A DNA stretch of 44,641 nucleotides from Chloroflexota bacterium (GTDB lineage Bacteria; Chloroflexota; Limnocylindria; Limnocylindrales; CSP1-4), in the NCBI GenBank assembly GCA_003169655.1, contig PNAZ01000162.1, forward strand, positions 30,818 through 75,458. Reading direction: 5' to 3'. Position 1 is the stretch's first letter. Each line of letters begins with the position of its first letter. The position numbers were made by a program, and so were the translations under genes. The notes under the pieces were generated by a model that saw only the letters and a list, made by a program, of their open reading frames with translations, searched no databases and was not told the DNA's origin. Positions 1 to 8,387 of this stretch are shown in pieces.

Positions 1-155
1 CGGGCGGATCGACGGCCCGGATCGCCAGGACGCCCGAAACCTGGAAGGGCCAGACGGTCATCAAGCGCGAGCTCCTGCCCGACGGCCGCACCAAGCTCAT
101 CCTGAAGGACCCGGCTTCGGGCGATTTCACCGACCGGATCATCTCGGGAGCCTGA
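1..155 (+). CDS. 3' end of an unidentified CDS (partial, runs off the window)
   Basis: Frame 3 reads ...TWKGQTVIKRELLPDGRTKLILKDPASGDFTDRIISGA and ends at TGA 153-155. Third positions are G/C-rich as in the other genes here. No family recognised. Confidence 0.35.
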   Translation, partial: GGSTARIARTPETWKGQTVIKRELLPDGRTKLILKDPASGDFTDRIISGA

Positions 156-174
156 GCTCGACCGATCCGGCAGA

Positions 175-2331
175 TCAGGCCCGGCCGGCGGTCACCTCGT
201 CGGCCCGACTCCGCCCCGACAGGAGAATCAGGTCCTCGTGGAGCTCGAACCAGACGCTGTGGAAGCTGTCGACCCTGGGTGACGCCACATAGCGCTGGTC
301 GCCATCGGCGGCCAGGTGCGCCGCTCGGTCGAGGCGAGCGGAATAGGTCGCCAGGCGCGCCAGAGACGCGACAAGCGGTGACAGCCAGCGGGCCGCATCG
401 CCGTTGAGGACAGCCAGCTCAGCGAGCACACGGGCGTCGTACGCCGGATCCGCGTGGTCGTTGAGTGCCTCCAATCCGTCGATCATGCGCATCTGCCACG
501 CGGTCACCGTCTCCTTCATCCGACGGTCGAGCACGAGGAACACCTCGAGCGCCGCGCTCGCATGTTCCCGTCCCCAGCCGTCCCGGTCGTTCGCGAGGAG
601 CTCGCTGCCAACCGCCTTGCCCGCTGGAGCGAGCCGGTAGGAACCGGTCACGAGCTCGACGAGGCGGTCGGCAAGGAGCCCGTCGAGGCATGCCGAGATC
701 TCCTCGAGGTTCGAGAACTGCGCCTCCGCCAGTCCACTGAGCGTGCCATAGCCCTTGATGGCGAGGCAGCGCAGGACGTCCTCCCGGCTGGCCAACGACC
801 CTTCTCCGGTCTCCTCCGCCGGCGGCTCGCCGGCCGGTTCCGGACGGACCTCCGCCGATCGACCCACGCCGCCGGGCTCGATGCCCAGCTCGCGGGCCCA
901 GGCCAGGAGCTTCTTCGCCTCGGGGACGATGGCGACCTTCGTGACCAGCAGACCATCGAAGATCCCGCCCGTGCTGCCGTCGATCGTGATCGGCGTCCCA
1001 AGCGCGAGCAGCCGGCCCCCGATCGAGACGCCGTCGTCGCTGACAAGCACGGCGGAGGCACCCACGACGGCGGGGATCCCCCAGCCCCGGGCGACCACGG
1101 CGGCATGACTGGCGAGGCCACCCCGGGAGGTAAGGAGGCCCGCCGCCCGGGCCATCCCATGGACGTCATCCGGCGATGTCTCGGACCGGACCAGGATGAC
1201 CGAGCGGCCCGCTTCGGCGAGCATGACGGCAGCCTCGGGCGTCGTCGCGATCTCGCCCGCGGCCACGCCCGGCGACGCGGGCAGGCCAGTGGCGAGCGGG
1301 ACGACAGCGGCGCTGCGGCCGATCGTCACCCGGGGTGGATCGGCCAGGAGGTGGCCCACGCGCTCGACTGCCTGGGCCCGCGTCAGCGGGAAATCGGCAG
1401 CCTCGGCCATGTCGACCGCGATCCGCACGGCCGCCTGCGGGCTGCGCTTCCCGATCCGGCATTGGAGCAGCCAGAGCTTGCCCTGCTCGATCGTGAACTC
1501 GATGTCGCAGACATCCCGGTGGAAGCGCTCGAGCGCCGTGGCATCGCGCGCCAGCTCACTCGCCACGGATGGCAGGCGAGCCGCGAGCTGGGCCAGCGAT
1601 TCGGTCTGATGGCTGCCCGCGACCACGTCCTCGCCCTGGGCGTTGAACATCACATCGCCGTACATCGCCGGCTCGCCGGTGGCGGGATTACGCGTGAACA
1701 ACACGCCCGTAGCTGAGTCCAGGCCGCGGTTCCCGAAGACCATCGTCTGGATCGTGACGGCTGTCCCGAGGTCGTCCGAGATACCCTCGCGCTGCCGATA
1801 GGTCCGCGCCCGGTCGCTGTTCCAGGAGCGGAACACGGCCTGGATCGCCGCCCGGAGCTGGACCCAGGGATCGTCGGGGACGGTATCGACGCCGACAACA
1901 TCCTTGAACATCTGCTCGAACCGGGTCCGGCAGTCGACCGCGAACTTCGGGCTGGCCGAGGCAGCCGCCAGGCCCCGCGTCGTCGCATCGTTCAGGCCCA
2001 GGTTGAGGATGGTGTCCATCATTCCGGGCATCGACACGGGCGCACCGGAACGAACGGAGACCAGGAGCGGGTCGGTCGGGTCGCCGAAGCGCCTGCCGAT
2101 GCGCCCCTCGATGGTCGCCATGTGTTCGCGGATCTCGGCGTCGAGGCCCTCCGGCCAGCCGCTCGCGAGGTACGCATTGCAGGCAGGCGTGGTGATCGTG
2201 AACGCCGGCGGGACCGGCAAGCCCAGGTCGAGGGCCATGACGGTCAGGTTGGCCGATTTGCCCCCCATCAGGGCCTTGAGCTCCCCGAACGGAAGCCGAT
2301 GGCGGTAGTCGCAGTCGTAGACCCAGCTCAC
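175..2331 (-). CDS. Truncated pyruvate-phosphate-dikinase-like protein (ATP-grasp nucleotide-binding domain + phosphohistidine swivel domain + unrelated C-terminal domain)
   Basis: GTG start (MSWVYDCDY...). The N-terminus resembles PPDK (LMGGKSANL, LPVPPAFTITT, DPLLVSVRSGA..SMPGMMDT). Swivel motif TSRGGLASHAAVVARGWGIPAVVG is present. No PEP/pyruvate TIM-barrel follows; the last ~210 aa are unrelated sequence. Confidence 0.85.
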   Translation of the reverse strand: MSWVYDCDYRHRLPFGELKALMGGKSANLTVMALDLGLPVPPAFTITTPACNAYLASGWPEGLDAEIREHMATIEGRIGRRFGDPTDPLLVSVRSGAPVSMPGMMDTILNLGLNDATTRGLAAASASPKFAVDCRTRFEQMFKDVVGVDTVPDDPWVQLRAAIQAVFRSWNSDRARTYRQREGISDDLGTAVTIQTMVFGNRGLDSATGVLFTRNPATGEPAMYGDVMFNAQGEDVVAGSHQTESLAQLAARLPSVASELARDATALERFHRDVCDIEFTIEQGKLWLLQCRIGKRSPQAAVRIAVDMAEAADFPLTRAQAVERVGHLLADPPRVTIGRSAAVVPLATGLPASPGVAAGEIATTPEAAVMLAEAGRSVILVRSETSPDDVHGMARAAGLLTSRGGLASHAAVVARGWGIPAVVGASAVLVSDDGVSIGGRLLALGTPITIDGSTGGIFDGLLVTKVAIVPEAKKLLAWARELGIEPGGVGRSAEVRPEPAGEPPAEETGEGSLASREDVLRCLAIKGYGTLSGLAEAQFSNLEEISACLDGLLADRLVELVTGSYRLAPAGKAVGSELLANDRDGWGREHASAALEVFLVLDRRMKETVTAWQMRMIDGLEALNDHADPAYDARVLAELAVLNGDAARWLSPLVASLARLATYSARLDRAAHLAADGDQRYVASPRVDSFHSVWFELHEDLILLSGRSRADEVTAGRA

Positions 2332-2355
2332 CTCCGTCGCCCGACCTCCGGTAAT

Positions 2356-4599
2356 CTATCCATTGCCGCCCTCTTGCAATGACCGCCAGACCCGCTCCGG
2401 CGTCAGGGGCAGGTCCCGGATCACCGTCCCCGTCGCCTCGTGCACGGCGCCGGCGACTGCGGCCGAAACGCACAGGAGGGCTCCCTCGCTCATCCCTTTC
2501 GAGCCATATGGCCCCGGGCCATCCTCGTTCTCGACCATGTCACTGAGAAGCTCGAGCGGCAGGTCCATGCTGGTCGGGATCCGGTAGTCGATCGCGCCCA
2601 GGTTCCGGATCCGGCCCGATCCATCGAAGATGTAGTGCTCCATCAACGTGTGACCCAGGCCCATCACGGCAGCGCCCTCATCCTGCATCCTGACCTGGAG
2701 CGGATTGAGCGCCTTGCCGACATCGGAGACGGTGACGTGCCGGACCAGCACGATGTCGCCGGTCTCCCGATCGACCTCGGCCTCGATCGCCGTGCAGTTG
2801 AACTCGAAGAATGCGACGGAGCCACCGAGCGGATGGCCGGGATCGCCTTCCTTGCGCATCTCGCCGTTCCCGATCAGCTCGCCGCCCAGCGGCCCGAGGC
2901 CGGGCTTCAGGACGTCGACGATCGGGACCTCGCGCCCCGGCAGAAGGACGACCCCGTGCTCGACAGCGATCTCCGACGGGTCAATCCCTTCCAGCCGGGC
3001 AGCCATCGCGCGTACCTTCGACTGGATGTCGCGGCAGGCGTCCAGGACCGCGTTGCCCATCAGCACGGTCGATCGGCTGGCCGAGGTCTGCTGGTCATAC
3101 GGCACGACGGCGGTATCGCCCATCACCACGGTCACCCAATCGAGTGGTGCGCCCAGCTCGTCGGAGGCAATCTGGGCCAGGATCGTCCGTGCTCCCTGGC
3201 CCATGTCCGAGGTGCCCGCGAAGACGATGACGCTGCCGTCGGCCAACAGCCGAACCGTCGCGTAGGACAGTCCGGTCGTCGGTCCGGACTTGATCCCCAC
3301 GGCGATGCCGCGACCGCGGCCCGGTGGCAGCGGGGTCCCCCAGCCGATCAGCTCGGCGGCCCTGCGGACCACTTGCTCCCAGTGGCCATCGGCCGGGGTG
3401 TCGAATGGGATGAAGGCTTCGCCCAGACGAGCGAGGTTCAGCAGCCGGAGCTCGAGCCGATCGATCCCGAGGGCCAGGGCCCCGGCGTCGATATTCGACT
3501 CGACAGCCCAGTTGACCTGTGGCGCGCCGAAGCCACGGAAGGCGGTCGAGGGTGTCGTGTTGGACAGGATGCTCCGTGCGGTGATCCGCGCCGCGGGTAC
3601 GCGGTATGGTCCGCAGCCCGGGTAACTGCCTTTGCCGACCACTCGATCGGCGATGTCCGCGTACGCGCCGATGAGGTAGTCGGCGGCGATGTCCTGGAAT
3701 GCGAATGTGCCATCCGAGTGGAAGCCCGTCCGAACCCTGATCTTCGCGGACGCTCGGCGGGCCGCCTGGAAGGTTTCCTCGAGGGTGAGGACCAGGCGTA
3801 CCGGCCGGTCGGCCCGGAGTGCCATCAGGGCCACGAGCGGCTCGTACTTGGCGTGCTGCTTGCCGCCAAAGGCGCCACCGGGGTCCGGCGCATGGACGCG
3901 CACCTTCGCGAGCGGCAGCCCGAGGATGTCCGCCAGCACCTTCTGCAACCAGTTCGGGTGCTGGATCGAGCTCCATACGGCGATTCCGTCGCCATCGGGC
4001 GCGGCCATGAACGCGTGCGGCTCGATGGCGAAGTGGGTCACCATCGGGAACTCGTAGGTATGTTCGATGACGAGATCGGCCTGGGTTGCCTCGACATCAC
4101 CCCAGCCGACGAGGTGCTCGCGCAGGACATTCGTCGCGGCGAGGTTGTCGCCCGGCCGCAGGGCCGCGTCCTGGACGAGGGGCGCAGCGGGGTCGAGTGC
4201 CCCTTCGATCGTGAAGACGGCGGGCAGCTCCTCGTACTCGACCTTTACCAGGCGGGCCGCTTCATCGGCCGCATCCCGGCTGTCTGCGGCCACCGCGGCG
4301 ACGGGTTCGCCGTGGTACTTCGTCTCACCGACCGCCAGCACCGGCCGGTCCTGGAACTGGGGGCCGAAGCGCGGGACCGGCTGGGGCAGGTCAGCGGCGG
4401 TCATCACGAGGCGGACTCCCGGGACCCGTTCAGCCGCACTCGTATCGATCGACACGATCCGGGCCCGGGCGCAGTCGAGGGTCACGAGCTTCGCATGGAG
4501 GATATCGGGCAGGCGGATGTCGGCGACATAATGCTGGAGCCCGGTGACCCGCCCCCGTCCTCCGACGCGCTGTGGCGAGGCCCCGACCCGACCGATCAT
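2356..4599 (-). CDS. Molybdopterin-binding large subunit of a xanthine dehydrogenase / aldehyde oxidase / CoxL-family hydroxylase
   Basis: ATG at 4599 (MIGRVGASPQRVGGRGRVTG...) overlaps the small-subunit stop as ATGA. Family motifs: AFGGK, TAFRGFGAPQ, MGQGARTILAQIA, GSKGMSEGAL. The 1111-aa track ORF is a spurious 5' extension. Confidence 0.9.
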   Translation of the reverse strand: MIGRVGASPQRVGGRGRVTGLQHYVADIRLPDILHAKLVTLDCARARIVSIDTSAAERVPGVRLVMTAADLPQPVPRFGPQFQDRPVLAVGETKYHGEPVAAVAADSRDAADEAARLVKVEYEELPAVFTIEGALDPAAPLVQDAALRPGDNLAATNVLREHLVGWGDVEATQADLVIEHTYEFPMVTHFAIEPHAFMAAPDGDGIAVWSSIQHPNWLQKVLADILGLPLAKVRVHAPDPGGAFGGKQHAKYEPLVALMALRADRPVRLVLTLEETFQAARRASAKIRVRTGFHSDGTFAFQDIAADYLIGAYADIADRVVGKGSYPGCGPYRVPAARITARSILSNTTPSTAFRGFGAPQVNWAVESNIDAGALALGIDRLELRLLNLARLGEAFIPFDTPADGHWEQVVRRAAELIGWGTPLPPGRGRGIAVGIKSGPTTGLSYATVRLLADGSVIVFAGTSDMGQGARTILAQIASDELGAPLDWVTVVMGDTAVVPYDQQTSASRSTVLMGNAVLDACRDIQSKVRAMAARLEGIDPSEIAVEHGVVLLPGREVPIVDVLKPGLGPLGGELIGNGEMRKEGDPGHPLGGSVAFFEFNCTAIEAEVDRETGDIVLVRHVTVSDVGKALNPLQVRMQDEGAAVMGLGHTLMEHYIFDGSGRIRNLGAIDYRIPTSMDLPLELLSDMVENEDGPGPYGSKGMSEGALLCVSAAVAGAVHEATGTVIRDLPLTPERVWRSLQEGGNG

Positions 4600-5069
4600 C
4601 GCCGGCCAGCCTCCGCCGTCGCGAGGATCGCCTGGGTGATCTGCTGATAGCAGCCGCAGCGACACAGGTTCCCGGCCATCCCCTCCTCGATCTCGGCGAT
4701 CGTCGGATGGGCGCTGGCCTGGAGCAGCGCATGGGCCGAGATCACCTGGCCAGGGATGCAGAAGCCGCACTGGACCCCGCCTTCGTCGAGGAACGCCTCC
4801 TGGATCGGAGTCAGCCGACCCCCGGTGGCCAGGCCTTCGATGGTCGTCACCACCGCGCCGTCCGCTTCGACGCCGAGCATCAAGCACGAGTCCACCGTGC
4901 TCCCGTCGACGATGACCGTGCAGGCACCGCACTCCCCCACGAGGCAGCACTCCTTGGCCCCGGTCAGCGCCAGGTCGTCGCGCAGGACGTCCAGGAGCGT
5001 GTGCTGTGGCGCGACCCGCAGCGAGCGGCTGCGCCCGTTGACGGTCACCTCGATTGGAATCGTGGTCAT
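4596..5069 (-). CDS. [2Fe-2S]-binding small subunit of the Mo hydroxylase (CoxS/XdhC-small type)
   Basis: Cys clusters CLVGECGACTV, CGFCIPG and CRCGCY. ATGA overlaps on both sides. Confidence 0.92.
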   Translation of the reverse strand: MTTIPIEVTVNGRSRSLRVAPQHTLLDVLRDDLALTGAKECCLVGECGACTVIVDGSTVDSCLMLGVEADGAVVTTIEGLATGGRLTPIQEAFLDEGGVQCGFCIPGQVISAHALLQASAHPTIAEIEEGMAGNLCRCGCYQQITQAILATAEAGRR

Positions 5070-5938
5070 CCTGGCGCTCCCCCTCCAGCCAGCCGATCGA
5101 GTGCGATCCCGACAGCGCGGCGACCGAGAACGCGCAGCATTGCGCGGCGGTACTCGGGACTGGCGCGCATCGACCCGGCTGATGGGCTGGCGGTCGCGAA
5201 CAACTCCTCGAGCACGGCGCCTTTCGCGTCGTCGTCCGCGGCGTCATCTGCCAGGACCCCCGAGCTGTCGACGGCGAGGACGGGCCGGGGCCCGACACTA
5301 CCGAACGCGAGGCGAGTGACTCCGGCTGCGTCGACCAGGCAGGCCAGGGTGACCGAGGCAAGGTCGTGACCGCGTCGACGAGTCCGCCGGAGATGGACCG
5401 AACCAGTCCGTTGGGTGGGCAGCGGCAGCTCGATCGCCATGACGAGTTCTCCGCGCCGGAGTGTGGTCTCGCCGGAGCGCACGAAGAAGTCCCTGATCGG
5501 GATCCGGCGGCTCCCGGCGCTGCCAATCGCGACGACCTGCGCACCGTACACGAGCAGCGCCGGGGCCGTGTCGGCGGCCGGCGACGCGTTGCAGATATTG
5601 CCGCCCAGGGTCGCCCGATTCCGGATCTGGACCGCGCCGACGACGGCCGCCGCCTCGGCCAGGGCGACGAAATGGCGGCGCACTCGCTCATCCGCCGCGA
5701 TCTCGCTCATCACCGTCGTGGCGCCGATCGTCAGCCGGCCGGCCTCCTCGCGGATGACCGGCCGCAGTTCAGGGATCCGCTTGACATCGACCACGATCGT
5801 TGGCTGCAGGCTGCCGTCCCGCAGACGGATGATCAGATCCGTGCCACCGGCCAGCAAGCGGCAGTCGGAACCGCCTGACTCGAGGGTCTTGAATGCCTGC
5901 GCGAGTGTGGCTGGCCGGCTGTAGGCAAAGCTCCTCAC
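5066..5938 (-). CDS. FAD-binding medium subunit of the Mo hydroxylase (CoxM type)
   Basis: GTG start MRSFAYSRPATLAQAF... is a typical CoxM N-terminus. LLAGGTDLII FAD motif. Overlaps the small-subunit start. Confidence 0.88.
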   Translation of the reverse strand: MRSFAYSRPATLAQAFKTLESGGSDCRLLAGGTDLIIRLRDGSLQPTIVVDVKRIPELRPVIREEAGRLTIGATTVMSEIAADERVRRHFVALAEAAAVVGAVQIRNRATLGGNICNASPAADTAPALLVYGAQVVAIGSAGSRRIPIRDFFVRSGETTLRRGELVMAIELPLPTQRTGSVHLRRTRRRGHDLASVTLACLVDAAGVTRLAFGSVGPRPVLAVDSSGVLADDAADDDAKGAVLEELFATASPSAGSMRASPEYRRAMLRVLGRRAVGIALDRLAGGGAPG

Positions 5939-5954
5939 GTTCCGTGGATCCGGC

Positions 5955-6842
5955 TCAGAGGACCTTGTCGACCTCGTCCATCAGCACCTGCGGGGTGGCT
6001 GCGCGGACGAAGTAGTAGGGGCGCTCGCTGAAGCGTGCCACGAACCCGGCGCGGGCCTTCCGAAGCGCATCGGTATCGACGATGGGCATCGGCTGACCAG
6101 GCGCGAGCAACTCGTTGAGGAGGAAGTAGTTCTGGACAGAATGGAGCGTCTGGAATTGACGCTCGAACGGGATCATCTGGACACAGCTCGGGTCGAAGTT
6201 GCCATCGATCGCCGGCACGACGACGACGTCGACGACACTCGGTTCGGCATGGAAGGTCCAGGTCGGCATCTCGCCGAAGAACTTCTCCACCGCCCGGTTC
6301 GGAGCGGCCTTGTCCGCCCGCTCGGTGCCCTCGGTGCGTTTCTTGAGGAACGGCTCCCGGGAGCCTGCGACCACCAGGCCTGCCTCATCGACGACGGTCG
6401 TCTCGGTCGACACCAGGAGTGCCCCGCGGCGGCAGGCCTCGATCTGACCCATGCTCTTGCCGTGGTTCGACTCGCCACCCAGGAACAACACGGTCCTGTC
6501 GCCATAGCGGACCGCGGAGGCGTGGAAGGGATGGAGACCGACGGCCTCCATCCGGAGCGCGAGCATGGTCACCACGACTTTCTGGATCGGCCCGGCCGGC
6601 CATGGTCCGCTGAAGTGCATCGCCCGTCCGTCGTAGGCGATGGATCGCTCGCCGTCCTGGCGCCACACGATGTCCGGCTCTGGCAGCGTAACCTCGGGCG
6701 AGATCCGCACGTCGGCGAGGCGGTAGTTGAGAAATGTCAGATCCTCGAGCACGTGCTCGCGCGGTTCGCCGCCGTAGACGTCGACCCGCAGCCGCGCGGC
6801 CCCGGCCGACATCTCCTCGGTCAGTTGCAGGTCGCCGTTCAT
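5955..6842 (-). CDS. HPr-kinase-C-terminal-like P-loop protein (function unknown)
   Basis: I start it at ATG 6842 (MNGDLQLTEE...), just downstream of the transaldolase stop. The 345-aa track ORF would overlap transaldolase. FLGGESNHGKSMGQIEACRRGALLVSTETTVVDE resembles the HprK P-loop and the following RGH.LV.DD segment. Confidence 0.6.
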   Translation of the reverse strand: MNGDLQLTEEMSAGAARLRVDVYGGEPREHVLEDLTFLNYRLADVRISPEVTLPEPDIVWRQDGERSIAYDGRAMHFSGPWPAGPIQKVVVTMLALRMEAVGLHPFHASAVRYGDRTVLFLGGESNHGKSMGQIEACRRGALLVSTETTVVDEAGLVVAGSREPFLKKRTEGTERADKAAPNRAVEKFFGEMPTWTFHAEPSVVDVVVVPAIDGNFDPSCVQMIPFERQFQTLHSVQNYFLLNELLAPGQPMPIVDTDALRKARAGFVARFSERPYYFVRAATPQVLMDEVDKVL

Positions 6843-6855
6843 GGATTCCCTTCGG

Positions 6856-7965
6856 TCAGCCGGGCTTGGTTTCCGGGTCGGGCAGGACCACGTCACGGAT
6901 CGCCCCGACGAGGTCGTGGTAGGACTTGATGAAGCCGCGCAGCGTCCTGACCGTCGCTCCGTAACTGTCGAACTCGTCGACCGCGAGGCCATCTGGCTCG
7001 AACGCCCGTCCGAAGTCCGGGATCCGCGTCAGCAATTCCTTGATCGTGCCCAGGTCCACCGGCTCGTCGATGCGAGCCACCGGCGAGATCCCGCTGCCGT
7101 TGAAGCGGACCTGCCAGGCATGCGGGATGGTCAGCGCCAGGTCGCCACCAACGAACTCTGTCCAGTGGAGGCGGTGGCGATAGGCCGCGACGAGGAGCCG
7201 CGTCCGGTATGAGCGCTCGTTGAACAACCCGTAGGCGCGTTTGAAGGCTGCGATGCCGGCCCAGTTCAGGACGTCCGGATGGATCGCGATTCCGTCGCGC
7301 TCGACCAGGATCCGCATCCAGTCGTCGAGGCGTCCGACCATCAAAGTGCAGACCGGGGTCATGGCCGCGACATCGCCACCCCGAGCAGCCAGCGCATCGA
7401 GGCCTCGCTCGACGGCTTCCGCCACGGCGAGGGCCTGCGCGACGGTGAAGCACACGGTGGCATTGATGTTGACGCCCGCTGCGGTTGCCAGCTCAATCGA
7501 CTGGATCCCTGCCCGGCTGGCCGGGAACTTGACCTGGATGTTCGGGGCGAGGCCCGCGAACCGGATGCCCTGCTCGAGCATGCGCTCAGCATTCGGGTAG
7601 TTCTGGGGGTTCGTCTGCAGCGACAGCCGGCCCTTGCGTCCGCCCTCGCGCCGGAAGACCGGCTCGAGGATGCTCGCGCCCCGAACCGCCATCTCCTCGA
7701 TGATCGCCCAGGTGAGGTCCATCTCGGTCCAGGCCGGATTCTCGACGGCGAGCTGGCGGATCCGTGGGATCCAGTGCGCCTTCTCGGCCCGGAGCACATC
7801 GAGCACGATGCTTGGATTGGAGGTGGCGCCGGACGCGCCTCGAGCGAGCGCATACTCGAGCTCGGCGACGGCACACGAGTCATTCCAGTAATCGGTGGGC
7901 GTGTCGTCAGTCATCCGGAGCAACGGGCTGTCGACGAAGCTCTGCAGCACGGGGGCGGTCATCAT
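6856..7965 (-). CDS. tal: Transaldolase-family protein
   Basis: GATSNPS motif and Schiff-base lysine context IQVKFPAS. SD GGAGGA lies upstream of ATGATG at 7965. Confidence 0.85.
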   Translation of the reverse strand: MMTAPVLQSFVDSPLLRMTDDTPTDYWNDSCAVAELEYALARGASGATSNPSIVLDVLRAEKAHWIPRIRQLAVENPAWTEMDLTWAIIEEMAVRGASILEPVFRREGGRKGRLSLQTNPQNYPNAERMLEQGIRFAGLAPNIQVKFPASRAGIQSIELATAAGVNINATVCFTVAQALAVAEAVERGLDALAARGGDVAAMTPVCTLMVGRLDDWMRILVERDGIAIHPDVLNWAGIAAFKRAYGLFNERSYRTRLLVAAYRHRLHWTEFVGGDLALTIPHAWQVRFNGSGISPVARIDEPVDLGTIKELLTRIPDFGRAFEPDGLAVDEFDSYGATVRTLRGFIKSYHDLVGAIRDVVLPDPETKPG

Positions 7966-8013
7966 GTTCCATCCTCCGGCTTCAGCACTGCAGCTGGGTC
8001 TGGGTCGAGTATA

Positions 8014-8026
8014 ATCGATTATCGAT
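8014..8026. promoter_or_regulatory. 13-bp AT-rich palindrome ATCGAT-T-ATCGAT in the divergent tal / ABM promoter region (candidate operator overlapping -10-like elements)
   Basis: Sequence read directly. TATAAT at 8010-8015 overlaps it on the plus strand. GATAAT lies on the minus strand ~50 nt upstream of the tal ATG. The same 12-mer recurs at 28938-28949. Confidence 0.45.
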
Positions 8027-8080
8027 GGCTTGCCAATCCGAGCCGACCACCTGGGAACCTCCGACTTCGAGGCGAGACGG

Positions 8081-8371
8081 ATGGCCTACATCGTTTGCGC
8101 AACCTGGAAGGCCAAGCCCGGCGAGGACGGTACCGTGCTCAACCTGCTTCGCCAGATCAGGACAGCATCGGCCAATGAGCCCGGCTGCCTCCTGTTCGCG
8201 GTTCACCGCTCACGCCAGGATCCAAGCGTGTTCTTCCTCTACGAGCAGTACGTCTCGGAGGCCGCCTTTCAGGCTCACGCGACTTCGGATCATGTCCGCC
8301 GCCTCGTGCTCGAAGATGCCGTCCCCCGCCTTGAGTCCCGCCGGCGCGAACTGTTCGAGCTCGTCGAGTAG
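8081..8371 (+). CDS. Antibiotic-biosynthesis-monooxygenase (ABM/Dabb) domain protein
   Basis: ~96 aa from ATG 8081 (MAYIVCATWKAKPG...FFLYEQYVSEAAFQAHATSDHV). This is the typical ABM ferredoxin-like fold pattern. The 8030 start in the track adds an implausible leader. Confidence 0.75.
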   Translation: MAYIVCATWKAKPGEDGTVLNLLRQIRTASANEPGCLLFAVHRSRQDPSVFFLYEQYVSEAAFQAHATSDHVRRLVLEDAVPRLESRRRELFELVE

Positions 8372-8387
8372 GCTGACCAGGGCATGA

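Noticed and set aside
2440-4647. 735-aa plus-strand ORF
   Set aside because: It is antisense to the Mo-hydroxylase large subunit, which has clear family motifs. Its translation is Arg/Gly/Asp/His-rich with no motifs, a typical high-GC shadow ORF.
4600-5691. 5' part of the 1111-aa minus-strand ORF
   Set aside because: This stretch is out-of-frame read-through across the 2Fe-2S and FAD subunit genes. The real large subunit starts at ATG 4599, coupled to the small-subunit stop.
8010-8015. Perfect TATAAT hexamer as a stand-alone promoter call for the ABM operon
   Set aside because: No convincing -35 element sits at 16-19 bp spacing, and the hexamer is part of the palindromic motif. I kept it only as supporting context for the operator/promoter finding rather than as a separate feature.
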